Assembly (NCBI GenBank): GCA_033442325.1
Contig: JAWQFM010000005.1
Span: 1,923,665 to 1,987,664, forward strand
Direction of reading: 5' to 3'
Length of the DNA stretch: 64,000 nt
Source of the DNA: Salpingoeca rosetta
Taxonomy: Eukaryota; Protista; Choanoflagellata
In this document: positions 26,759 through 40,567 of the stretch, in pieces
Layout of the letters: each line of letters starts with the position of its first letter
How positions within the stretch are numbered: the stretch's first letter is position 1
Notes under the pieces: model-generated
The model's database searches: none
What the model was told of the DNA's origin: nothing
What the model saw: only the letters and a program-made list of their open reading frames with translations
Translations under genes and position numbers: made by a program

Positions 26759-28144
26759 TGTGTGCTTGTAAGCTGGGGCTGGGCAGCATCGCCATGGCAT
26801 GTGTGCAAAGCACGGCGTGACTGCTCACCTGGTCTGACAGAGACGATGACCGGCTTGTCGAGCCCCGTCTGCTTGGGAGGGCCGGGGAGGGGGGTGAGGT
26901 GTAAATGTGTGTGCGTTCGCAAGTGAGTGAATGAGTGAGTGTGTGTGTGTAAGAACGTGAAGGCTTGTTCAAACACATGCGTGAGAAGTTGCGCATATCC
27001 ACAGAAGCGCAGCGTGCGTGAAGATGCAACGCGTGGCTTTATGGCATGTCTGCGTTCGTACCGTTGTCGCCCAAGCAGGGGAACGCGGGGAGCCATGACT
27101 TTCCCTGTGCACCAAAAAAACAAAAAACAAAAACAAAAAAAACAAAAAACAAAAAAAAAAGAACAGCGGCAATGTTGCTCGCGTGGTCAGCACCATGACA
27201 TACAATGCAACAGAACAAGAACAAGAACAAGAACAAGAACAAGAACAAGAACAAGAACAAGAACAAGAACAAGACGACTTACGCGTCGGAGGTGCTGGCC
27301 CAGTGGGTTTGGGCGGTGCTGCAGTCCGTGTCGCTGCCGAGGAAGGCGTGGTTGATGCCGCTGTTGCGACTGGGGGCGACTTGTCTGTTGCTGCACTGGT
27401 GGGGCGTGTTGGCGCTCTTGGTGCTGGCCGGGCGGTCGAGGGCTTGAGCCTGTCGACACAGAAATGAGAAGAGTAACGTGAAAACTAAAGGTGAGGGGCG
27501 TGAGATGAGGTCGACGTATGGCGCGAAAAAGAGGAGGGCGAGGAACAAGAAGAAGAGGGAGAAGGGGGCAACTCAACAGCACACGAAAAGACCGCAAACC
27601 GAAATAGCACACGGGTGCATCCTCTATACACCAGCAGCTGAATTGAGCAAACGATCAAGCACGCAAGCACATCAGCAGCGGTTCGTACATGACTTTTCGT
27701 GCTTGCGGTTGGAGGAAAGGTTTTGGTCCGGGCCCAGTGGTGCGGTGCTTCTGTTCATGGTGTGTGCGTGTATGATGCAGCAGACAGCGCACACAAGCAA
27801 GGCAATCAAGACAACCGAGGCAGCCAAAACCACAGAAGGACGCAAATACAGGGTCAGCGTGCATCGAGAGAGGGTACCAAACAGGCAGATGGGTGGATGC
27901 ATGTGGAACAGGAGTTGCACACGCCGACGCCACACCTTTCCAAAGCTGCGGGAAGCGACGGGGACTGTTGCATCGGTCCCCGATGCGGTTTTGGCACTGC
28001 AACAGCGACGCACAACAACGGTAAGCGAAGGTGGACACAGTTCATGTGCAAAACGTCACGAGAATGCCACAACTGTAGGAGTGATAAGACAAGACGGAAG
28101 CACCAAAACACACAAGAAAACAAGAAAAAAAACGTCGATGCACT

Positions 28145-28204
<60 letters not shown>

Positions 28205-29816
28205 ATACCGCGATGGGCCGGGCTCTTCCTTGAGAATAAATTTCCCGCTGGCGCGCATCTGTGCCTCCGACAAGTGCTGTGCTGTTCCCTCTGTCTTCAC
28301 GCGCGCCACCTTTGCCTGCGGCTCTGCGTCGTGCGAGGGTCTTCGTTTCGCCGTCGCAGTCTTCACGGCAGTCTTGGCAGCGGTGGCCGCAGCAGCGCCC
28401 GCCGCCACTCCTGTCGATGGGCGTGCCGATTGCGGCTGCTGTGCTGTGCTCGTGGTGGGAGAAGGCTTGGCAGCGGACTTGGCACCGGTTTGCGTGACAA
28501 TGGTCTTCCACTTGGTCACCAACGCTTTCGCTTTCGCGCTCACCTCTGCATTTCAGAACGGGCACCCACGTTTCACCGCAGCAGAACCGCCAGCAGGGTG
28601 GCACCACAGCAACGCACATTCACAGAGGAGGCAGGGCGTGAACGAACACGGCTGCAAATCATGCACATCGTGGGGCACAAAGAGTGGTCTTCCCCACCCT
28701 GTGTTTATTGTTCCTCGACACATGGGAACAAACAGGGTTTCGGTTGAGGTGGTTGCAGCATGTGCGAGCAGGACAAAGCAAGCAAGTATCAACTCGCACA
28801 GTCCTCCCACGCGCATGTGCATGCTTTGTGATGTTGGTGTCAAGGGTGTCGGTGTGCTTCGAACCGGGTATTTTGCGGCACTGCTTGACGGTGCGGGCGA
28901 GCTCGTTCTGTGTGAGGAGATCCAGTGTCACGGGAAGAACCTGTAGCGTCTGTTTGGTGGAAGTGGTAGGGGGGGGGGAGGGAGAGGTTGAGAAGCGGAG
29001 GTGAGTACACGTGAAAGCAAGAGCTCGGTTGGAAACCTAAGGAGACTGCGCGTCGGCACACAACATCACACAATACAGTCAAGACAGTCAGACACACACA
29101 GACACAGACACAGACACGCACAGACAGACACGCACATGCACGCACACACAGACACACGCGTAAACACACAGGCAAACACAGACACAGACACATACACTCA
29201 CTTCCATAAGCGCGGTGAGGACGGCAGTTTGGTTTGTTTGTCTCGCTCGGGTCAGCCAATCGAACAGCGTTTGCCATGCCCCAGCATGCAAGCACCTGCA
29301 AATTATGCAAGTCAGCCATCCCGGTGCAGAGGCAGGTCAGCGAGTCAGCCGGTATGCACGTGAATCCACAAGCAGGCAAGCAAGGGTGCTAGCGTGCGCA
29401 TGGCCAGGCGAAAGACGCAACGGGTCTGCATTACGAAGCAGTGGCATACTTGGAGACGATGGGCTGGCCAGGGCCTTTCGACAGGTGCGCAAGCATCTTG
29501 AGTGCAAGCGATCGTTCCGCAACTTCTCTGCATTTGTTCAACAGCCTGCAAAGCCACACAAGAACGCCGGGCGAAAGGCAAGGCAAGAGCAGCGTCAGGA
29601 ACGGCAAGCAAACACGAGAGCATTGGAACACGGGCCACGCCCGACACACTGGTTGTACATCTTCGATTGCACGCGCATCAGCAGGGAAGGGGTTGCGTAC
29701 TCGAGCAGCTCCTTGGATCGTGCGGCGTTCTCGGTGTCGGTGGTTGCACTGATGTCTTTGTTGTCCTTGAACCACGTCATCAGGGACGTCATGGTCGGCG
29801 TTCTTGGCGCGGCCAT
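22976..29816 (-). CDS. PPP1R10: PNUTS/PPP1R10-like PP1 nuclear targeting subunit; multi-exon, spans the assembly gap
   Basis: TFIIS N-terminal-like segment (LPVTLDLLTQNELARTVKQCRK...AKALVTKWKTIV). PP1-docking RKKRVHWKPDLAEIKYYELEEEER near 25190-25260. PSSPAEPDEEP motif. C-terminal CCCH finger CKFFAQGRCARGDSCEFLH. Domain order matches animal PNUTS. Confidence 0.82.
25818..26662. other. Assembly gap (845 N) flanked by (GAGT)n and (GA)n repeats
   Basis: Run of N. Confidence 1.
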
Positions 29817-30775
29817 GGTGAGTTGCGGTCTGTGGTTGGTGCTGTGATCAGTGGTGGTGGTTGTGTCGTTGTGGTTGGTCAGCGGTGTTCGGAGGCGGTT
29901 GTGACGGCAATCGTTGTGGTTGGTGCCGTGATTGCTGTGATCAGTGATGGTGGCGCTGACTGTCGACACGCTGTTGTTGTTGTTGTTCGGAGGTGGGGTG
30001 CCGCCGGTGTGCGCACGGTGGCTTTTCGTCGTGCTTATCGTGTGGCTCTCTTGCTTGGTTGGTGGGTTTTGCTTTGGCACACTTTGCTGCACATGCACAA
30101 GTAAGAGAGGTCTGCTGAACCTGTTGAACTTGGGCTCTACCGTCGGTTGCAACGCCACTTGTGTGTGAGACAGGCAAGAGCACGGGCTCAACACAGTGCG
30201 AGCACAAGGCGTGGCTGTTTGCTGCTTGCAGGGAGCGGCCGGATGACTTGACACGTGATTTCGTTCGACCGCAGTAGCAGCAACAACAATGGAGCTAGCT
30301 GAAAGCGACAACAGCAACGAATGGCGTGACGACCGCACAACAAACAAACACCAGCACAGAAGATGGAACAAACAGGCCGTGTTCTTGGCCTTGTCTTCTT
30401 CTTGTGCTTTGCTTCTTCGAAGGGTGAACGCGTGGTGGGGGTCTTATTGGTCTCTGCTTGCTTCCCTGCTTCTGATGCGTTTGTGTGCTTGCTTGTGTTT
30501 GTGAGAGTGCTTGCGATTTCCCGCCAACCTCGCTGACTCCGCCTTGCTTGCCCCCTGTGTTGCCTTGCTTGGTTGGTTGAGCTTGCTGTTGGTGGACGGC
30601 GTCAGATAGGGAGAATTGCCACCAGGGCAAGCTACACGCGCCCAGAAACGCGGGTTTTTTGTTGGTGCTTGCGATTGCGTTGGCTTGAGGAAAAGTTGGT
30701 GTATCTTTCATGAAAAATCCACAACAGAGGAGAAATGGGAAAGGATGAGTGTGTGTGTGTGTCCCTTCCCTTTGC

Positions 30776-30810
<35 letters not shown>

Positions 30811-31167
30811 TGTACGCCTCGTTGCTTGTTGAAAAGTGATTCATGATGGAACAAAAGAATGTAACTCTCTCCCCTCACCCTCCCTTGTCTCACTAACGCT
30901 TGCTCTTACGTGCGTCGTCAACGGACCTCAACGCAACATAACACCACAGAAATTGTGCGGGAAGAAACATCACAAACTCAGACACTCACAGACAGACAAA
31001 CAGACACAGACATGCAGACACGCACATGGCAACAACGAAAAGGCACGAAGCAAGTGGCAGCCGCAGTGTTGTAAACAAAACACAGCTCCACAAACACAAG
31101 CACGGGTGCATGCACAGAGCACAAGCACAGGTGCACAGGAGACAACAATCATTGACCGAGTTGGAGC

Positions 31168-31533
31168 TCAGTAGCGAATCTCGTACGAGCCGCTCTTGGA
31201 GATGTACCGCACCCATTTCAGCACAGAGCCATCGTCATACCTGCGCAGTGGCACGGGTAGTGTCGCGGGACATACATGAGAAGCAGGATATCCATGTTAA
31301 TGGCCACGCGATCACGGAGGTGTGAGCAAGCGGAACAAGGCTGCTAATGAAGCAGTTGAACACAAGCAACACACAGTGCAGCACAACGTAATCACAGACA
31401 AATAGATAGACAGACAGACAGACAGACAGGCAGGAGGACACAGACACATTCCCAGACACAGACACATTCCCAGACACAGACACATTCCCAGACACAGACA
31501 CAGACACATTCCCAGACACAGACACATACACAG

Positions 31534-31605
<72 letters not shown>

Positions 31606-33937
31606 CGCGCACCCCAGCTTCCGTTCCAGGATCTTGAGATACTTGACCTCCAATCCAGAGCACGCAAACGGAACCTGACGAAAGAACACGACACGGTGGC
31701 GGTGATTTGCTCATGAGCACGAGAAAAACCAAAGCGACAGCACGGTCGGGCGCCAACTCATAGGCACAACAAAACGACAACAACAACAAAACAGCCAGCT
31801 ATCAACAGAGTGCAAGTCACAGAACACACAGACAGACACACGGAACACACACAGACACACACAGAGCAAACACACCTCAAAGTTGACAGAGATTGGGGTG
31901 CGTGTCCATTTCTTTGTGGACTGGAGGAGATCGAGCTCGGCGTTAAGCTGTGCGCTGCGCCCGCCATTGATGCGCTTGATCCTGCATGGGGTTCATGGTG
32001 ACGCGATACCACAACACACACACACACAGTGCACGATGCCAGCAATGAATGAACACACACGCACACAGTGTACACAAACACACGCACACGAATCAAGCAC
32101 AGCAAAACAGCACACACACACACACACGCACACACACCCAACACACTTACTTCCAGACGATTGCGTTTTCGCCCGGCTTGTACTTTGCCTTGCCCTTGTC
32201 GGAGCGTGCGTGCACCTTGGAGGTGATGCTGGGCACGGGAACGCGCACCTCAATCCGCTGACCAAGCAGTGCGGGGTCAAACTCGGCCTTGAGGGTGACG
32301 TTGATGGACACCTTGTTGCCGCTCTCGTGCACAAGTGGGGTGATCTTGAAGGGCAGCTTGATGTTTTGTGTCGTGCGGTACTTCATCAGCTCAAACTCGC
32401 CATCGGGCGGGATGAACGAGATGGACCGGTCTGTGTCAAACTTGCCCAGTCGCACGCACTGGTGGAACGTGAGGTCGTCAATGGCAATTGGCGCTGCCCG
32501 CTGCTGCTGCTGCTTCTTCTTCTTCTTCTTTCCCGCCGCCTCCAGCGGGTTCGGCGGGCGAGCGTCCTTCATCACAATCTTGTCGTTGATCCCAAACTTG
32601 CAGTCGGGCATGCCAGACAGGTAGCACTTGACGCGCACAGACCCGTTCACGTACGCGTTCAACGGGCCTACGAGGCGAGTGAGTGAGTGAATGAGTCAGT
32701 GAGTTGAGTGAGGCGAGTGAGTGAGTGAATGAGTCAGTGAGTAGAGTGAGTGAGGGAGAGTGGGAAACACGGAATGTGCAAATTGTTGTATGCGTGTAGC
32801 AGTACGTCAAATCCGCCATCCCCACGACAAGCATGCTAATCCCAACACATACACCCCCCCCCCAACCACCGCCCGCGCGTACCGAGGGGCCCCATGAGGA
32901 GACTGACAGACTCGAGGACATCGATGAAGAGCTCGTGCTTGCGGTACTTGATGGCCTCTCGCCGCCAGCCAATCTGGCCCGTCACCTGCGACGTGATCTT
33001 CGCCTGCTCCTCCATCGGCTGCACAACAACAACAACAGCAGCAGTAGCAACAACAACAACAACAACAACAACAGCGACGGCAGCGACGGCAGTTGGAAGA
33101 GGTGGGAGGGAGCGCGAGCAGTGGACAACAGTAGGGAGGTGTGGGTGAAGATAGATGCGTGAACGGACCGTTGATGAATGTGTGCGCAAGGCTATCAAAA
33201 CACCAAAACATTCACACACATTCTCATGGGCACACTCACATTCACACTCATACATGCATTCGCACACGCATTGATTGGCAGATTGGTGTCATTAACACGA
33301 GAAAAGGAAGCACAGGTGATGGTACAATGCATTCACGTCCATGCTGTTGCGTTTATTGGCCACTGCACCTTCTCTGCGGCGTTGAAGCCCTCCTGTGTGA
33401 TGAGAAGCTTGAGCACGTTCGGGTCTGTGCTCTGGGGATACCCGTAGTCAATCACCTCTGTCAGCGTTGGAGTTGGTGTCGCAGATGAAGCGGTGGTGGT
33501 GGTGGTGTTGAGGCGGTGTGAGGGGATGAGGAAGCAGCGCGTTGGCGTGAGTTGAGGTGAAGGGAGCAAAGTGTGCAGCGAGTGGGAACGAAAGGGCGTT
33601 GGATTGGGGGTGGGCACCAGCTGCCGTACGCACCATCAAGGAGTTCGTAGATGAGGGAGAAGTTGTTCTTCACGTTGAGCTCGTTGAACTGAGCAACGTG
33701 CAGCAGGACAGCTTCAGCATGAGGAAGAAAGCACTGTGGGCACGCGGCCACCAAACATCATCGAACAAGTACGACATGACAAGAAACCTGTATACACATG
33801 CACAGAAACTCCAGCACTCGCATGTACGACACACACGCACACGCACATGTACACATGCACATGTACACACACACACACACACACACACACGCACGCACAC
33901 ACACTTACACACACGCGCACGCACACACACACACACT

Positions 33938-33974
<37 letters not shown>

Positions 33975-34890
33975 GCACCTGGCCAAAGTAGGAGGATGTG
34001 AGCTCAATGAACTTTGCCATGTACTCAAACACCATTGCGGCGTTGGCGTTCTGCAAACATCCAGGTGCACAATGAAGAAAAAGGCCCCGTTAGCAGTGGC
34101 AGAGCGAACAAGTGGGTGGTGTAATCATGTGTGTGTAGTTATTGTTGATGGCGTGTACAGATGGTCACATTCTTGATGATGTGGGGGTTGGCAAGGAACT
34201 GGTAACGGGACACCAGCATACCAAGCGCGTCACGGTGACAAGCCACAGGTTCTCCCGCTTCATGTGGAAGTACGACGTACTGGACACACATCCACGAAAG
34301 CAGCCAATATGGAGTTGTGCGTGTGTGTGTGTGAGAGAGAGAGAGAGCTTGACACAGAGACATGCTTGCGTAAAGGTTGAATGCACATACAACAACACAC
34401 AGACACACAGACACACAGACACAGACAAACCGCAACGCGGAGAGGAAACAGACCGGCCAATGTTGGTGACTGGCGAGCGAATCTCATGTCGAGAGTGAAT
34501 CACATGGACGCGGAATGCATCCACCACAGAACGGCTGACAAGGCAACACAAGAGTATTGTGTGAGAGTGTGTGCGACGATGCGCAAAGGAACCAATCGTA
34601 GATGCACATCCAATCGAAATGCGCTGCACTTCCCACGACACCCACACGCCCACACGCTTACATACACGCCCACACATGCACGCATACACACCCAAACATG
34701 CATGCACCCCCCCCCCCCACACGTACACAGACATACACACGCACAGGTATTGGTCACAGCAGAGAAATCACCACTCGCCGTGGCACACCGTTTGTGGCCA
34801 CTTTGCATGGTCTTACGTGATGTCATCGCGGTAGATGCGGGAGATGATGCAGTCGCCCTTGTTGTTGTACACAAACACACCACTGATCAT
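31168..34890 (-). CDS. AP2M1: AP-2 complex subunit mu (multi-exon)
   Basis: [24 protein letters not shown]; [21 protein letters not shown]; [14 protein letters not shown] (AAK1 phospho-Thr motif); [14 protein letters not shown]; FHQCVRL; [15 protein letters not shown]; C-terminus [18 protein letters not shown]. Confidence 0.96.
31436..31526. repeat. Intronic minisatellite with an ~18-bp unit (CAGACACATTCCCAGACA), followed by (CA)n
   Basis: About 4 direct copies visible in the last AP2M1 intron. Confidence 0.8.
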
Positions 34891-35126
34891 GGCTGTCTGT
34901 TTTGCCGGTGTTGGTTGGTTGTTGTGGAACAAATTATGCGCTGCTGCTGCAACACCAAGTACCAAACCAGGCCAAAAACACCAAGCTGCCGTGAGTTGTT
35001 CGCTACACACCGACAGACAGATGGGCAGACAGATGGGCAGACAGATGGGCAAACAAATGGGCAGATGGGCAGACAGATGGGCAAACAGATGGGCAGATGG
35101 GCAGATAGAGCACACACACACACATA

Positions 35127-35191
<65 letters not shown>

Positions 35192-35772
35192 ACACACACA
35201 CACACCTCGCACCGCTTGCTTGCTTCTCTCTTCTTTTGCTCCTTTCCCAGCAGCCAAACGAAAGTGAGTGGCGTCAATTTGTAGGAATGGCACCGCTAAT
35301 TTTCGCCTGCGCCTGTGTTTTGGTTTGCTCTGTCCTCCTCCACACACACACACACACACACAGCCAAAGCAAACAACAACAGCGAAGCAGGTGTCGCATT
35401 CCATGTCTGACTCTGTGCGTGTGTCCGTATGTGTCTGCGCATGTGTCCCTCCCCCACCCCTTTCAATTTCCCATTGTGCGCTCATCGTCTTCCTTTGTGT
35501 TGTTGTACCGTGGTTTTTTTGTTGTTTGGCCTTGCGTAGGTTTCGGCCTCAGGCCCACCACATCCAAGAGCGAGACGGTCGGTCCGGTTGGATTTGTCCT
35601 CGGGTTGGTTCTCCACCATCGCCATTCATACCCATCACCTTTTCTCATTGCCATTCCTTCAACCAGTCACCACCGCTACCACCACTACCACCAACAAACC
35701 AAAGCGCCCGCGTATATTGCGCGCAAATACGCCATCAGCACACATCCTCCCCATCACGACCACAACGCAACC

Positions 35773-37653
35773 ATGAGTGAAGGAGACGCAAGCACGCCGC
35801 CAACGACGCCAAAGCAGAAAGGCTCTGGCATGTTCGGCTGGCTGTTTCGGAAACGCAGCAGCCGCTCGTCGCTGGGCGGCGATGCCGAAGAGCCCTCCAT
35901 CGGAGATGGTGCACAAAAGCAGCAGAAGGAGCCCGCCGAGGACACCAGCAGCACTGACGGCGACAAGGGACCCCAGTCAGACAACGACGCATTCGCGCGC
36001 GAGGACGACAGCGCACAGGAGATGGCTGTGAACGGAAAGACGGCAAGTGATGAAGCAGCAAAGCCAGATGCCAACACCACAGACAGCGAGCCAAAGCACA
36101 AGGATGTGGAAGAACTCAACACCTCGTCAACAACAGACAACCAAGAAACCAACGGGGCAGAGGCGGCCAAGAGCCCCACCACCTCCACCTCCACGTCCTC
36201 GCCGCCCGCCACCCCGTCAACGCCATCCACACCAGCACCGCTACCGGAGAAGGAGACGCCAAAGACGACCCCAAAACCTGCGCCAAAACCGAAACCAAAG
36301 CCAGAGGTCAAGGCCAAGCCCCTAGGAGGGTCGACACCGGGCTCAAGCAGCAAACCGCGTCCCATCGTCCAGCCGAAGCCATCTCCATCGTCGTCGGCAG
36401 CAACGCCGCCACCCGTGGCTCAGAAGCCGCGCGGGCGTGTTGGCACCATCGCTGCTGTACGTCAACTCATACCTGTGTGTATGTGTGTTGTGTGCGTGTG
36501 TTGTGTACGTGTGTTGTGCATGCATGTGTTGTTGTGTGTACGTATGCAGTACATATGCAGGGCGTGCATGTTGCATTTCATGTGCGCACGTTCTCACGCT
36601 TCGCCCCCTTGTTCCCGCATGCCGCCGTTTGTTACGCCTTGCACCACGCGTGTCCTCAGGCGCTCGCGGCGCGGCCACCACCCGGACTGTTTCAGCAGCG
36701 AACACGATCGGCAACGACATCTATGCCCAAACCGGCGCAGCGCCGCGTGAAGAGCGAATCGTTTATCTTCCGCCCAGAGTCTGGCGCCGTGGAGGAGTCT
36801 TTTGACATTGGCCGCACAACCATGCTCAACAACACAGCAGGTTCGCGCGCGCGTGCGTGTGTTATGTGTGTGTGGTATGTGTGTGTGTTATGTGTGTGTT
36901 GTGTGTGTGTTATGTGTGAGGTGATGCGCTTGAAGCTCATCGTCGTGGACCTGAGGCGTTACACCGTTTGACAGCTTCATGTGTGCTCACTTTTCCTTTT
37001 TCCAAACACAATCGCACAACACAACACAACACAACACACAACACACAGCCAAGGAGCGTGTGCGCCTGTCGTCCCACAGCCAGCGGCCGCGCCGTCGCCC
37101 AACGCGCACAGGTCGCAGCGGCACCCGCAGCCAGCCCTCGTCCAAGTCGGGCTCTTTTGTCATCAAGGACGTACGCTCGGCGTCAACTGCGCGCCTGCAG
37201 GACGCCCTGCGCGGGTTTGCTGGCGACAGCAGCACGCGGCAGGCGTCATCGGCAGCCATATCTGTTGCCTCGGTGCCGCTTGACGAGGCGGAGGAGGTGG
37301 AGGCAGCGCGCGAGCTGCAGGTGGTGCCGGAGGGAGAGGGCGAAGACACGACGGTGAAGGTGGAGGTGAAGGCTGAGGTGAAGGCTGATGGCGAGCCCGA
37401 GGGCATCGATGCTGACGGGACGAAGGAGCCGCAAACGTCGGATGAGGAGGAGAACAAGAAGAAGGTGGGGGAGAAGGGTGAAGTGGACGAGGAAGCTAAG
37501 CACAATGATGCGGAAGAGGCGGAGGATGGGCAAGAGGCAGAAGAGGCAGAAACAGAGGTACATCAGGAAGATGAGGAAGAAGAAAAGGAGGGTGGTGACA
37601 TTGAGATTGTTTCTGGGTTTGCGGATTTGCAGACGGAAGAAGCAGACGCCTAA
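35773..37653 (+). CDS. Disordered Pro/Lys- and Glu-rich protein with a capping-protein-interaction-like motif (3 exons)
   Basis: Exons 35773-36456, 36660-36840 and 37049-37653 splice in phase. The junction gives FDIGRTTMLNNTAAKERVRLSSHSQRPRRRPT. PKPAPKPKP SH3-type ligands are present. Confidence 0.75.
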
Positions 37654-37666
37654 GCCGAGTTGTCAC

Positions 37667-37725
<59 letters not shown>

Positions 37726-37743
37726 GTGTCTGCGTGCGAATGT

Positions 37744-37831
<88 letters not shown>

Positions 37832-38265
37832 CTGCTCAGAGAACTTGTGTTCGTGTGTGTGTTTGTGTGTTTGTGTGTTCGTTGTGTTGCCCTCCCCCCC
37901 CCCCACCTTTTTTTTTTTTTTTTGTTTTTGCTTCGGTTCGCACACCACTTGCTTGTGTTGACGCATGTCGCTTCGTCTAATGCCGACTTGTCTGTCGATG
38001 AGAGAGGTTATTCATACACACTAACGTAAGAACAAGAACATGGCGACCCTACATCAGTGTCATGTCATGTCACTACAAGTCGGGCCAGCGGCACACATGC
38101 AAGAGAGGCAAAGAGACACGAGACGACAAAAATAAGGACGCGTTCAGCCATCAACAGGCAAAAACACGGGGAAGAAGTGTACAGATCAGCGACCGCAACA
38201 GAAGGAAAGGAAGGGAGGAAGGGGAGCAATTAGGTCAAAATCGGGAGGGGGGGGATCACAAAGCG

Positions 38266-38667
38266 TCAGCTGCGCTTCTCTTTGACGGATGTGGGGACTG
38301 GATTGACAAAAAAGTCGTGGTGCATGAGCTCTGCCGCCGTTGCGCGGTCTGCGGGCTCATATGCGACCATGGCGCGGATAAACGACAGCATCTGCTGGTC
38401 CTCCGGCAGCGACGTGAAGTATTCGTCAAGCCGCTCCGGTCGGTCGCCCACATACCGCACGCTCGACGTGCCCTCTGCAAGCTCCGGCCACCGCAGCAGC
38501 CCGTCAGCATCGCCATACCGCTTCCTACAGAGGGTGTGTGTGTGTGTGTGTGTGTGTGTTGCAGGGGTGAGAAAGAAGGGGGATTTGTAAGCTGGGTGGC
38601 CACGTGTGACGTGTGTGCATGTGTTGTCTGGGCGCATTGGTGTTGCATGTGTCGATGGCTGTTCAGC

Positions 38668-38715
<48 letters not shown>

Positions 38716-39509
38716 GGCACCCGACTGGTAACGTACGATGACTCCTTGAGCATGGACGGCGGCAGAGGGCCAAGCAGCGCCTCCATCAGCGCAAGGTGCT
38801 CAACGTTGTCGTGTGTCTGATGTGTGGGCAGAGGGGTGCAGGCAGGAAGGGGCATGTGCACGTATGTGCATGTGCGCGCGTGTGTGCGTGAGTGCCTTTT
38901 GAGTGTTGTGTGAGATGATACGCGAGCGAGGCAAACACCCACACCCACACGCGCGCGCACACCCACACATATACACACCCACACCCACACACGCACACTG
39001 TAAGCAGCAACGAAAACGACAACGGCATGTACCTGAAAGGTGGTTTCGCCCGTGTAGAGCTCGAGCAGCACAAATGCGATGCTCCAGATGTCGCACGGAT
39101 GCGACCAGCCCGTCTCTGCAAAACATGTGCAGGGCAACAGCGCATTGGCAGAGGGTCATGAGCACAGGAAACAAAGAAAAGAAACCCTCAGTCACCTCCA
39201 ACCACACAAATACGCATGCACGCTGATGTAGATCCGAACAACGGAGCACGCGAAGCATGGCTCCCTCCCATATCCATATGGGTGTGAGCGTAGGCGTGTA
39301 TGCTCCGCGTTTGAGCACATGGGAACGTACCAAGGATGACTTCTGGGGCGCGGTAATGCCTTGTGGTGACGACGCGCGTGTGGTAGTCCCAATCAAACGT
39401 GGCCGACCCAAAGTCAATCATCTGTGCACGCCATTGTTGGAACAGCGAGTGAGGGGCGAAGCAGACACACACGCACATAGGGCGCAAACGCACGCACACA
39501 CGCACACAG

Positions 39510-39546
<37 letters not shown>

Positions 39547-40505
39547 GAGACGTGAAGCGAAATGTGGGACCTTGATGCGCGGGTTGTCGACGTGCAGCTC
39601 GGTTGGTTTGGAGAACAGCTGTTGGTAGGAAGCACGGAACGCAAGTAGTGCAATGTAACCGCAAGGTGAATACACGGACAGGGCCAGCAGTAGAAATGTT
39701 GACGCAATCCAATCAAGCGCTTGCTGTTGCCAGGAGAACACGAGCACACACACACACATACATATACACACATCCACATATACACCCACATACACACACG
39801 TGCAAACGCAAGAAAGAGACCTCTTTGACGTTGACGGGGCCTTCAAAGAGAATGTTCTCTGGCTTAATGTCCGTGTGTGTGATCATGTTTCGATGCAAGA
39901 CTACATCAAAATGACACCCATACAAGTCGACGCGTGCGTGAGCGGAGGATATTCAGCACAGCGCAGACGAGGGCAAGCACACAGCATTCAGCGCGAGCAT
40001 CTGCCTTTCAAAACACAGACACGGACACGGACACGGACACACACAGACACACAGACACATACACACGAGGCATTCAATTACTCCTCTCTGCCCTGCACGG
40101 CACGGAAAGCAACCCGGCTTACAAGTGAGGGCGGCAATGCACTGGTGGGAGATGGAGCGCAGAGTCTCCATTGTAAAAGGGATGAAGGAGTGGTCCTTGA
40201 GGACATCATAGAGGCTTTGGCCGAGCAGCGGAAACACCATGCACACGTGGCCATCCAGTTCAAAGTAGTTCAGCAGATGGACGCACGGACTGTTCAAAGG
40301 GGTTTTCGAGAGCCAGCGTCAGGTTCAGTGGGGCGGTGGGATGATGATGGTCACGGGGGAGGAGGAAGGTAGAGATGATTGGACGGTGGTGGAAGCGGGG
40401 GAGGGGAGGGATGTGAAGAAGGGGAAGAAGAAGAAGAAGAAGAGAAGAGGTGGAGGGGCGAAGTTGAAGCGGTGGGGGTGGTGATGACGGGAGGAGGAGG
40501 AGGAG

Positions 40506-40567
<62 letters not shown>

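Noticed and set aside
25637-27123. Long ORFs of 290-470 aa
   Set aside because: Artefacts of translating the N gap.
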